In this document: positions 8,380-16,702 of the stretch, piece after piece
How positions within the stretch are numbered: position 1 is the first letter of the stretch
Layout: each line of letters starts with the position of its first letter
Assembly: GCA_945885645.1 (NCBI GenBank)
Contig: CAMCYV010000001.1
Span: 1-38,651 of the forward strand
Source of the DNA: Bifidobacterium breve
GTDB lineage: Bacteria; Actinomycetota; Actinomycetes; S36-B12
DNA: 38,651 bases
Direction of reading: 5' to 3'
The notes under the pieces: generated by a model
Seen by the model: the letters and a program-made list of their open reading frames with translations, nothing else
What the model was told of the DNA's origin: nothing
Databases searched by the model: none
Program-made: the position numbers and the translations under genes

Positions 8380-8928
8380 ATGTCGATTGCAGCAAACCCC
8401 CTTCACGCCAACCTTCCGTCGAAGCTCGTGCAAATTGCCTACCGCGTCGACGACCTCGAAGCGGCGTGCCTTGAGTGGGCCCAAAAAGTGGGCGCTGGCC
8501 CTTTCCTGGTGCGCAGCCATTTACCCGTGAACGCAACCCACAACGGTGAACCCGCCATCTACGACCACAGCGCAGCATTCGGACAATGGGGTCCGGTAAT
8601 GCTCGAGATTATCCAGCTCCACGAATGCGAACCGACCAGCATGCGGGAAGTCCTCTGCCATGAGCAGCCCGGCCAGGTCAATCACTATGCGTGTTTCGTG
8701 GAGGACCTCGATGCCGCCAGCGCTGCACTGATCAGCCAAGGGATGCCACTCACGATGTCACTCACTTCGTCTTCGGGCATGGAAGTTCATTTCCATGATG
8801 CTCGCCACCTACTGGGTGGGGTTCTTGAACTCTATGTTGGCAACGTTCATCTGCGCGGTTTCTACGACAAGGTCGCGGCGCTAGCCGATGGCTGGGATGG
8901 CTCTGACGTAATTCGTTACATCAACTAA
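8380..8928 (+). CDS. VOC (glyoxalase/bleomycin-resistance/dioxygenase) family protein
   Basis: 182-aa ORF. The N-terminal LVQIAYRVDDLEAACLEWAQKVGAGPF and later NHYACFVEDLDAA resemble paired beta-alpha-beta-beta-beta VOC modules. AGGAAA lies upstream of the ATG. Confidence 0.6.
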   Translation: MSIAANPLHANLPSKLVQIAYRVDDLEAACLEWAQKVGAGPFLVRSHLPVNATHNGEPAIYDHSAAFGQWGPVMLEIIQLHECEPTSMREVLCHEQPGQVNHYACFVEDLDAASAALISQGMPLTMSLTSSSGMEVHFHDARHLLGGVLELYVGNVHLRGFYDKVAALADGWDGSDVIRYIN

Positions 8929-8949
8929 TTACACAACGCGAAAATCATT

Positions 8950-9594
8950 TCAGCGATTGGTCAGCAGGCTTCGGTCACCCATCACGTGCGCATGGTCGTT
9001 AAACGAGACAAGTGACAATCCTCGAGCACCTGCTACAACGGTGGTGATCGAGGCATTAACACTCACCCTGTTCATCGAGATCACGCCTTGAGTGTCCGCA
9101 CCTAAGAGTCGACCGGCTAATACCGCACTCACTCCCGCTGAAGTAGCAACGATTGCATCAGACCCGCTTGGCAAACTATCGGCAAGTTCAGTGAGCGCTG
9201 CGAATACTCCGTCGGTGAACTCTTGCCACTCACTTTTTCCATTTTCCATCCAGTCGGTCATAACCGCGTCGAGATGCTGCTGAAATTGCGAAGATGGCAT
9301 CCCTCGCGTTGCCATCGCGTCACCCAAGTGGACATTCACTGCCGCATGAGCATCAAATTCGTTAAATCGAGAATCAATACCCGTGGGAATCACATTAAGT
9401 GACTTTGCCGCAATTTGAGCGGTGTCAATCTGTCTACGCAAACTTCCACTCACTACGACAGGCGAACGAACGCCTCGACGTGCCAATTCCTGACCGGCAA
9501 TATCCGCCTGTCGGCGGCCAAGGTCTGACAAGACGTCGTAGTCGTCGGTACCGAAACTCGCTTGACCGTGTCGCAGAAGGTAGATAACAGGCAT
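8950..9594 (-). CDS. Histidine phosphatase (phosphoglycerate mutase-like) family protein, atypical second motif
   Basis: N-terminal LLRHGQASFG (RHG motif), SGSLRRQIDTA and FNEFD are present. The expected S/T-H-G motif reads TSAG. It is the last gene of the E1/E2 string, 6 nt after the E2 stop. Confidence 0.7.
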   Translation of the reverse strand: MPVIYLLRHGQASFGTDDYDVLSDLGRRQADIAGQELARRGVRSPVVVSGSLRRQIDTAQIAAKSLNVIPTGIDSRFNEFDAHAAVNVHLGDAMATRGMPSSQFQQHLDAVMTDWMENGKSEWQEFTDGVFAALTELADSLPSGSDAIVATSAGVSAVLAGRLLGADTQGVISMNRVSVNASITTVVAGARGLSLVSFNDHAHVMGDRSLLTNR

Positions 9595-9600
9595 GAGGTT

Positions 9601-11001
9601 TTAGGAAACCAGAACGAGTGGTCGTGCCAGTAGTTGGGCAATTGTTTGGAGGTACTCCGCTGCTGGGGCTCCGTCAACCGCACGGTGATCAAACGTCAGG
9701 CTAAGAGTGAGTACCTGTGTTCGGACAAATGTTTCGCCCTCCCACTTGCCAGAGTCGCGCAGTCGACCAACACCGAGGATACCGACGTTGCCAGGGTTAA
9801 TGACAGGCGTGAAAAAGTCAACGCCGTAGGTACCTAAGGAAGTTACGGCAAATGTCGCACCCTCAAGCTCATCCAGGCTAATCGAACCCGTACGACAACG
9901 ATCTGCAACATCGCGCGTTGCGCGAGCCAACTCGGGAAGTGAGAGTTGATCAGCATCGTGGATGACGGGGACCATGAGCCCGCCAGGAACCGCGACCGCG
10001 AGACCCATGTGGATCCGACCCAACAGGTGGATTTCCTTGTCAATAATTGTTGCGTTAAGAATCGGGTGTTGGCGTAGAGCAAGTGCCGCAGCCCGGACAA
10101 CAAAGTCATTAAGACTGGGGACTGCCACGCCAAGAGCGACGTACTGATCCTTCATTTCAGCGCGCAGTTGCACCACGGCGTCCATCGAGACTTCAAATCC
10201 ATGGGTGAGCTGCGCCATTTCGGTCAGACTTTGCAACATCCGGGCAGCAATTGTTCCTCGCATGCCTTTCATTGGGATTATTGAAGTTGTTTCCGAGTGG
10301 GCAACGGAACTACCTGTTTGTTGAGTTGGCGTTGGGGCAAGCGCTGCCGATGCATTGTTCTGTGGTGTCGAGGCGGCGGCGCCACGCACATCACTGCGTC
10401 GAACAACACCATCGTCCGTCGAAATTCCAGCAGGATCAATTCCTGCATCACGGGCATCGCGTCGGGCTAATGGCGAGATAACTTTGCCAGGACGAATGTT
10501 TCCGGCGTCGGGATTGGTATTTGATGCTGCCGCAACAACGTCTTCCGACAGGATCCGCCCACCGGGGCCGGTACCCGAAACACGTGCGAGGTCCACCTGC
10601 ATTTCCCGAGCAACCCGGCGAGCATTCGGACTGATAAACGCGCGTCCCCCGGACTGTGAAACATCATTGTGGTTATTGGCCGGCATTGTTGTGATAACAA
10701 CCGCGTCGCTCTGTGCTGAATCCGAAGTGGGGGCACTGGGCGCAAAGCCATTCGGCGCGGACTCCCCACTCGCGAGCAGCCAACCGAGCACCGAACCAGG
10801 CTCTAAGGTCGCTCCATCAGGCACTGCTCGTGCCAAGATTCCGTCGGCCTCTGCCTCAACGTCCACGTCGATTTTGTCTGTTGCCAGTCGCAGCAGCGGC
10901 ATACCGACAGTTATCACGGCGCCGTCAGCAACGAGCCATTCTTCGACGGTTCCCTCCTCCATGGTTAGACCAAGTTTGGGAAGGAGGATCTCAATAGCCA
11001 T
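9601..11001 (-). CDS. Dihydrolipoamide acyltransferase (E2) of a 2-oxoacid dehydrogenase complex
   Basis: Lipoyl domain with ATDKIDV (Lys codon 10873-10875). Peripheral subunit-binding motif ISPNARRVAREMQVDLARVSGTGPGGRILSEDV. Catalytic LSLTFDHRAVDG. Confidence 0.9.
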   Translation of the reverse strand: MAIEILLPKLGLTMEEGTVEEWLVADGAVITVGMPLLRLATDKIDVDVEAEADGILARAVPDGATLEPGSVLGWLLASGESAPNGFAPSAPTSDSAQSDAVVITTMPANNHNDVSQSGGRAFISPNARRVAREMQVDLARVSGTGPGGRILSEDVVAAASNTNPDAGNIRPGKVISPLARRDARDAGIDPAGISTDDGVVRRSDVRGAAASTPQNNASAALAPTPTQQTGSSVAHSETTSIIPMKGMRGTIAARMLQSLTEMAQLTHGFEVSMDAVVQLRAEMKDQYVALGVAVPSLNDFVVRAAALALRQHPILNATIIDKEIHLLGRIHMGLAVAVPGGLMVPVIHDADQLSLPELARATRDVADRCRTGSISLDELEGATFAVTSLGTYGVDFFTPVINPGNVGILGVGRLRDSGKWEGETFVRTQVLTLSLTFDHRAVDGAPAAEYLQTIAQLLARPLVLVS

Positions 11002-11004
11002 GAG

Positions 11005-11991
11005 CTACTTCCGTTCAAGGAGTCGGCGCACGACGGCTTCAATGCGTGGAGCATCAGGTACGTAAGCGTTCTCCAAAATTGGAGCGAAAGGAACGGGTGC
11101 AAACGGAGCCGCAAGCCGGGTCACCGGTGCATCAAGATAATCAAATGCGGACTCTTGAATTTGCGATGAAATCTCGGCACCAATGCCACCAAACTCGACC
11201 GCTTCATGAACAACGAGCACCCGATTCGTTTTTTTTACCGACGTGACGATGGTGTCAATGTCGAGTGGCTGAACAGTTCGAGGGTCAATGATTTCAACGG
11301 ATATCCCGTCTTTTTCTAAATTCTCGGCAGCTTTTTCTGCCTCAACAACCATTCGCCCGATGGCGACGATTGTTGCGTTGTTACCTTCACGAACGATATT
11401 GGCGACACCAAATGGGATTGAGTACAACTCTTCGGGCACGGGTCCCTTAACTCCGAGCATCTTCTTGTTGAGAACCACGATGGTGGGGTTGTCGTCGCGG
11501 ATGGCGCCAACGATTAATCCTTTAGCGTCGTACGGGCTAGCCGGCATCGCGACTTTAAGGCCTGGGATGTGTGCAAGCCAAGCTTCAAGGCTTTGGCTGT
11601 GCTGAGCAGCTGCTGACATTCCGGCGCCACCTGCAGTAGTGATAGTCAATGGGACCGACACGTTGCCACCGAACATGTACTTCATTTTTGCAGCCTGATT
11701 GAAAATTTGATCCATTGCAACGCCAACGAAGTCCATAAACATCAAGTCGCACACGGGGCGAAGGCCTCGGGCTGCAGCACCAACACCAAGGCCAATGATC
11801 GCCTGCTCGGAAATGGGTGTGTCAACAACACGGGTCCCCCCAAACTCGGTCAGGAGTCCGTCAAACATATGGAATACCCCACCGTAGCCCGCAACATCTT
11901 CACCGATGAGAAAGACGTCGGGGTCTTCGGCCATGACCTGGTGCATACCTTCGTTGAAGGCTTTGACGTAAGTAAGTTCACGCGTTGTCAC
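11005..11991 (-). CDS. 2-oxoacid (pyruvate/acetoin-type) dehydrogenase E1 beta subunit
   Basis: Typical transketolase-like beta-subunit sequence (VFLIGEDVAGYGGVF, RVVDTPISEQAIIG, PLDIDTI). GTG start has GGAGGGA upstream. Confidence 0.9.
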   Translation of the reverse strand: MTTRELTYVKAFNEGMHQVMAEDPDVFLIGEDVAGYGGVFHMFDGLLTEFGGTRVVDTPISEQAIIGLGVGAAARGLRPVCDLMFMDFVGVAMDQIFNQAAKMKYMFGGNVSVPLTITTAGGAGMSAAAQHSQSLEAWLAHIPGLKVAMPASPYDAKGLIVGAIRDDNPTIVVLNKKMLGVKGPVPEELYSIPFGVANIVREGNNATIVAIGRMVVEAEKAAENLEKDGISVEIIDPRTVQPLDIDTIVTSVKKTNRVLVVHEAVEFGGIGAEISSQIQESAFDYLDAPVTRLAAPFAPVPFAPILENAYVPDAPRIEAVVRRLLERK

Positions 11992-12054
11992 TGAGAGTCC
12001 CTCCGGGATTTCATCGGGTCGGCATTGTGGGCTTGGGTGAAATGTAAGTACTTT

Positions 12055-13056
12055 TTAAGCGGTATAAACATCGTCGAGTATGTCTACCGGGTCAGGGTCT
12101 GGGCTCGTGCGCGCAAATTCAATACCGTCATCGATGTCAGCTTCGGTTTGCGCCCAGATTTCGGCGAATTCTTCCGCGCTCACCAAACCACGCTCAACAC
12201 CGATTGCTTCGATGAGGTTGATAGCGTCACGGGTTTTCCACGCCTCTACTTCAGCAGGATCGCGATAAAGGATACGCATTCCCTTAATACCTTGATGATC
12301 GAAGTAGCGGTAGGTTTTGGCTTCGATGAGAGTGGGACCTTCACCCCGCTTTGCCCGATCGATCGCTTCCAGTGCAACGTTGCGAACGGCGAGCACATCC
12401 ATTCCGTCGACGATAACGCCGGGGATTCCATAAGAACTTGCTCGGTCGGCGATGTCCGTTAACTTCATGTGCCGATCCTGTGGCGTGAACTCTGCATAAC
12501 CGTTGTTCTCGATCACAAAAACGACAGGAAGATTCAAAACCGCAGCCATGTTCACGGATTCATGGAATGCGCCAATATTTGTGGCTCCATCGCCAAAGAA
12601 TGACACTGCGACAGTGCCGTCACCGCGATACTGCGAGGCGAATGCAGCGCCGACCGCGATCGGGATTCCTCCACCCACAATCGCATTAGCACCGAGCATG
12701 CCACGGTTCATATCCACGATGTGCATTGAACCGCCACGGCCTTTGCAGTAGCCGGTGGTCTTGCCGTATAACTCTGCGAACATTGGGCGAAAATCGGCGC
12801 CCTTAGCTATTGCGTGGCCGTGGCCACGGTGCGTTGAAGTAATTTGATCTGCATCGGTGAGGGCTGAACACACGCCTGCGGCAACTGCTTCTTGACCCAC
12901 GTAAAGATGCAAAAAACCTGGCATGTCTCCCGACTCGACAAGCTTGCCGGCCCGCTCTTCAAAGCGACGGATTCGCACCATACGGCGGTGCAAATCCAGG
13001 ACCAATTCACGAGTGGTTGGCATGACCGACTCGAGGGCTTCCGTGGGTGTGGCCAT
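12055..13056 (-). CDS. 2-oxoacid (pyruvate/acetoin-type) dehydrogenase E1 alpha subunit, ThDP-dependent
   Basis: ThDP motif GDGATNIGAFHESVNMAA...VFVIENNGYA, plus LHLYVGQEA and TYRYFDH. ATG at 13054-13056 has GGAGA upstream. The tracked extension to 13290 crosses the divergent promoter and is rejected. Confidence 0.9.
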   Translation of the reverse strand: MATPTEALESVMPTTRELVLDLHRRMVRIRRFEERAGKLVESGDMPGFLHLYVGQEAVAAGVCSALTDADQITSTHRGHGHAIAKGADFRPMFAELYGKTTGYCKGRGGSMHIVDMNRGMLGANAIVGGGIPIAVGAAFASQYRGDGTVAVSFFGDGATNIGAFHESVNMAAVLNLPVVFVIENNGYAEFTPQDRHMKLTDIADRASSYGIPGVIVDGMDVLAVRNVALEAIDRAKRGEGPTLIEAKTYRYFDHQGIKGMRILYRDPAEVEAWKTRDAINLIEAIGVERGLVSAEEFAEIWAQTEADIDDGIEFARTSPDPDPVDILDDVYTA

Positions 13057-13100
13057 CAAGGTCTCCGGTTCGATTGAATGAAGCTGTAAATGTCCAGCGC

Positions 13101-13106
13101 AGACTA
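13101..13106 (-). promoter_or_regulatory. Candidate -10 element TAGTCT (context GTGTAGTCT)
   Basis: About 45 nt upstream of the E1 alpha ATG at 13056. Confidence 0.3.
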
Positions 13107-13127
13107 CACTAATCGAAATCGCTGAAC

Positions 13128-13139
13128 TAGGACATCCAA
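13128..13139. promoter_or_regulatory. Operator-like site TAGGACATCCAA
   Basis: Lies in the divergent region between E1 alpha and the ThuA-like gene, 23 nt upstream of GTG 13162. Confidence 0.35.
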
Positions 13140-13161
13140 GTAAATTGCACCGGGAGGCAAA

Positions 13162-14010
13162 GTGCTCCGTCGTATTCTCGTAGTGACCGGCGGACACCGG
13201 GTTGCAATCGACGATTTTCTGGGTGCCATCTCGGCAATCTGCGCGGAACGTGGCTGGGTTTGGGCCCACTGCACCCAACCAAGTGCTCAACGTTGGCTCA
13301 GTGCTGAGCTCGCTGGATCATGGGATGCGATTCTGCTCCATGACATCCCGGGTTTGGCGCTTAAACGAGGGGAAGAACCCACGGTTGTCGGGCCTGATCC
13401 CCAAACTGCGCAAGATGTTGTCAATCTCCTCGACACCGGTCAGGGATTGGTGATTTTGCACCACGCCATTTCAGCGTGGCCGGGCTGGGAAGGTTGGGCC
13501 GAAGTAGTCGGTGCCCGATTCCTGTACCGCCCAGGACAACTTCGCGGAGAGAACCTTCCATCCTCGGGATACCGGATGGGCAACTACACGGTGCGTGTCA
13601 CCGACCCGAGCCACCCGATCACACGCGGTATCAGCGACTTCGAAATCGATGACGAACTGTATTTCGCACCATTTCTCACCGACCGATTGACGCCTTTCCT
13701 CGACAACGACGCCGACATGGATGGCGCACTGTTTCAGGACACATTCGATGTAGTGAGTAACGGCGCCTCAACGGGAATCACTTGTGCGGGGCGCGGACAA
13801 GACGGCGGGCTTCACGGGGGCAGCCGACACATGGGTTGGACGACGACCGCTGGCAAAAGCCCGATCGCGACACTACTTATGGGTGATGGACCTTCTACTT
13901 TCGCAAACCCAATGTTCCGCAGTTTGCTCGGCAATGCACTCGAGTGGGTTGCAAGTGAGGAAGCAAACAGGGCCGCTCGCGAAAACTCATTTACGATCCC
14001 TTTGCCGTAA
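13162..14010 (+). CDS. ThuA-like (class-I glutamine amidotransferase-like fold) domain protein
   Basis: GTG start has GGGAGG 5 nt upstream. The N-terminal ILVVTGGH and later LILHH..ISAWPGW resemble ThuA-domain proteins. Assignment is from memory of family features only. Confidence 0.55.
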   Translation: MLRRILVVTGGHRVAIDDFLGAISAICAERGWVWAHCTQPSAQRWLSAELAGSWDAILLHDIPGLALKRGEEPTVVGPDPQTAQDVVNLLDTGQGLVILHHAISAWPGWEGWAEVVGARFLYRPGQLRGENLPSSGYRMGNYTVRVTDPSHPITRGISDFEIDDELYFAPFLTDRLTPFLDNDADMDGALFQDTFDVVSNGASTGITCAGRGQDGGLHGGSRHMGWTTTAGKSPIATLLMGDGPSTFANPMFRSLLGNALEWVASEEANRAARENSFTIPLP

Positions 14011-14037
14011 TGGACACGAGGAAACGGGGATGCGAGA

Positions 14038-15018
14038 TTAGCCTTGGCGTCGAGCAGTTCGTGAGGCCAGCGCAACAGCAATAATCAGTGCGGCACCGTT
14101 GAACAGTTGAGTCACATAAGAAGGTGCGCCCGCTAGTTGCAGACCGGTCACACCGGTTGCAAGTAGGAAGATCGCAACAAGTGTTCCGAGCACGTTCACT
14201 CGCCCAGGTCGAATTTGGGTCGCACCAAGAAAAACTGCTGAGAACGCGGGGAGTAGATATCCGCTGCCGCTGTCCGGCGTGGCCGTACCGATAGTGGCCA
14301 GGTAAACGATTCCAGCGAAGGCAGAAGTCACGCCGGAAGAAATGAATGCGACCATGGTTACGCGCCCAACTCGAACTCCAGCAAGTCGGGAAGCGACCGG
14401 GTTTCCACCCACGGCGTAGAGGTAACGACCACCCGGGGTGTATTCCAAGATCCACCAGAAAAATAGTGCTATCAGCGCGGCGTAATACACCGAAAGTGGC
14501 AAACCAAACACTTCGGTCCGGGCAAACTCAAAGAATGGAGCGTAGCCCGCGGTGCTCAATACGATCTGGGAACTATCGGTAATCATGTAGGCAATCGCAA
14601 TCAGAACGCTGCTCATACCGAGGGTGCCGATAAACGAGTCGACCTTGAGTTTGACCACCACCAACGAGTTGGCGAGCCCGATAATGACACCGATCAAGAT
14701 CGATCCCCCGGCCGCAACAACAATTCCATGGCCATTTGTCAGAGCCCACGCAGTGAAACACACCGATACCGTCAACGTTCCCGCGATTGTCAGGTCAAAG
14801 GCCCCCGCTGCCACCGGTAAGAGGAGACCCAACGCGACGATCGCACTGATAGCTTGGAAGGTCAAAACCTGCTTGAGCGTGCTTGTCTGAAGGAACAGGT
14901 CAGGGATCCACAGTGCGAAAACCAGTACTAGTAAGGCCCACACATAGATTCCGCTGTACTTATCAAAGCCAAAATTGATGCGGCGGCGAGGGGCTGCTAC
15001 TTCTTGTATCTCAGACAT
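14038..15018 (-). CDS. ABC transporter permease, monosaccharide (RbsC/XylH-like) type
   Basis: 326 aa and very hydrophobic, with about 9-10 predicted TM segments. Directly downstream of the two-domain ATPase. Confidence 0.8.
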   Translation of the reverse strand: MSEIQEVAAPRRRINFGFDKYSGIYVWALLVLVFALWIPDLFLQTSTLKQVLTFQAISAIVALGLLLPVAAGAFDLTIAGTLTVSVCFTAWALTNGHGIVVAAGGSILIGVIIGLANSLVVVKLKVDSFIGTLGMSSVLIAIAYMITDSSQIVLSTAGYAPFFEFARTEVFGLPLSVYYAALIALFFWWILEYTPGGRYLYAVGGNPVASRLAGVRVGRVTMVAFISSGVTSAFAGIVYLATIGTATPDSGSGYLLPAFSAVFLGATQIRPGRVNVLGTLVAIFLLATGVTGLQLAGAPSYVTQLFNGAALIIAVALASRTARRQG

Positions 15019-15087
15019 GGAATCCGCTCTGGGTCTCGGCGACGTGGTGTCGATTGGTGGGTTGATTTCTTGGGTTATTAAGTGTTG

Positions 15088-16629
15088 CTAGGCCGCAGGT
15101 TCTGCCGAATCGCGGCCAATTGTTGCAGCCGTGATGTTGTCCACGGTGATTTTGTCTCCGCGAAGAATCTCCGCTGCCCGACCGCGGCGCATGATCACGA
15201 CGCGATCGCAAACGCGGACAAGTTCTTCATGGTCGGTTGAGCACAGGAGGACTGCTGCCCCCTGGGCCGCGGCTTCATCAACAAGAGTGTGGATGTCAGC
15301 TTTTGCTCCAACGTCCACTCCTTGTGTGGGCTCGTCTAAGACAAGTACCGATGGCTCCTGTCGCAACCAGCGAGCCAAGATCACCTTCTGCTGGTTGCCG
15401 CCGGACAACTGATTCATCTTGTATTCCGTCTGTCCACTTGGCTTCACGGACAAACGGTCCAACCATACGCGAACGTCAGATTTCTCCGGATTGCGTCGCA
15501 AGATACCTAATGACATGTGTCGACCGGGATCAACGAGAGTGATGTTTTCGCGCAATGTTTGATCAAGAAGTGATGCATTGGCATGCCTCTCAGCGGGGAC
15601 AAGCGCAACACCCCGCTGAATCGAGATGTCAGGTCGATTCTGGGGCAGCGTCTTTCCCTCTACGAGAATCTCCCCCGATCTTTCGTGGCCACCGAAAACC
15701 AGCGCGGCCACTTCCTCGCGACCTGAACCGGTTATGCCAGCAACTCCCACTACTTCACCCTGATGAACGGTGAGATCCATTCCGGAAACATTGCGTCCAC
15801 CCACACCCGACAGTTGCAGTACCTCTGTCCCGTGCTCGCGATCAACGGCCTCGCCCTTGTCATGTTCTTCAAGCTTGCGACCGACAACGAGCTCAATCAG
15901 TGCTTCTTCGGTCAATCCAGCGACCGGGAGCGTGTCTATCAACTTTCCGTCGCGCAGCACCGTCACGGATTCGGCCATCTCGAAAACTTCATCGAAGTGG
16001 TGCGAGACAAACAACACGGCCACACCAGAGTCCGCTACTCGGCGAACAAGTTGATACAACCGTTGCGCTTCTGGACCGGGAAGGTTTGCGGTGGGTTCAT
16101 CGAGAATCAGCATTTTCGGTGGCGTTCCACGCTCAGACATTGCCCGAGCGATTGCAACCGCAGTTCGCTCAGACATCTGGAGTGCCGCGACCGGCATGTT
16201 CACGTTGATTTCGTAACCCAATGCGGCGAGGGCCTCACGAGCCTTTGACCGCTCCTTGCGCCAACTAATTGTTTTAGTTGCGTTCGTGATGTAGCCCTGG
16301 CCCAAAGCCATGTTGTCAACGGTGTCCAAATTACCTACAAGTCCGAGGTCTTGATGCACAAAACGCAGACCGGCTGCCTCACTGGCTACCGGGTCTCCCA
16401 GAGCAAGTTCACTTCCGCCGACGAGGACTTCAATACCTGGCTCGGGTTCGTGAAAACCGGCCAAAATCTTGATCAGAGTGGATTTGCCGCAGCCGTTTTG
16501 CCCGACCAGCGCGCGGACTTCCCCCGCTGCAACCTCAATGGTTACGTTGTCCAGTGCGACCTGTGCCCCAAAAACCTTCGTGGCGTTGCGCACGCTGAGC
16601 GCGGATGTCGCAGGTGTTGCCGATGTCAT
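15088..16629 (-). CDS. Sugar ABC transporter ATP-binding protein with duplicated ATPase domains (RbsA/MglA-like)
   Basis: Walker A GQNGCGKST, signature LSGGNQQKV, Walker B VLVLDEPT, and a degenerate first-half signature. ATG has AAGGAGG upstream. Confidence 0.9.
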   Translation of the reverse strand: MTSATPATSALSVRNATKVFGAQVALDNVTIEVAAGEVRALVGQNGCGKSTLIKILAGFHEPEPGIEVLVGGSELALGDPVASEAAGLRFVHQDLGLVGNLDTVDNMALGQGYITNATKTISWRKERSKAREALAALGYEINVNMPVAALQMSERTAVAIARAMSERGTPPKMLILDEPTANLPGPEAQRLYQLVRRVADSGVAVLFVSHHFDEVFEMAESVTVLRDGKLIDTLPVAGLTEEALIELVVGRKLEEHDKGEAVDREHGTEVLQLSGVGGRNVSGMDLTVHQGEVVGVAGITGSGREEVAALVFGGHERSGEILVEGKTLPQNRPDISIQRGVALVPAERHANASLLDQTLRENITLVDPGRHMSLGILRRNPEKSDVRVWLDRLSVKPSGQTEYKMNQLSGGNQQKVILARWLRQEPSVLVLDEPTQGVDVGAKADIHTLVDEAAAQGAAVLLCSTDHEELVRVCDRVVIMRRGRAAEILRGDKITVDNITAATIGRDSAEPAA

Positions 16630-16702
16630 GGAGCCTCCTTAACGGTCGAACCAAGGTTACCGACAAATTTCGGAGATGCAAGGCTTTCCAAGTATTTTCC
16701 GA

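Noticed and set aside
10355-11065. 236-aa plus-strand ORF antisense to E2
   Set aside because: This is a shadow ORF of the E2 gene. It has low-complexity S/A/R/P-rich sequence and spans the E2/E1beta junction.
13057-13290. N-terminal extensions in the ORF track (also 2946-3059, 7020-7310, 8256-8315, 28082-28159)
   Set aside because: The extensions cross divergent promoter regions or upstream genes, lack RBSs and add non-conserved Cys/Trp-rich residues. Internal starts with good SD sequences match family N-termini.
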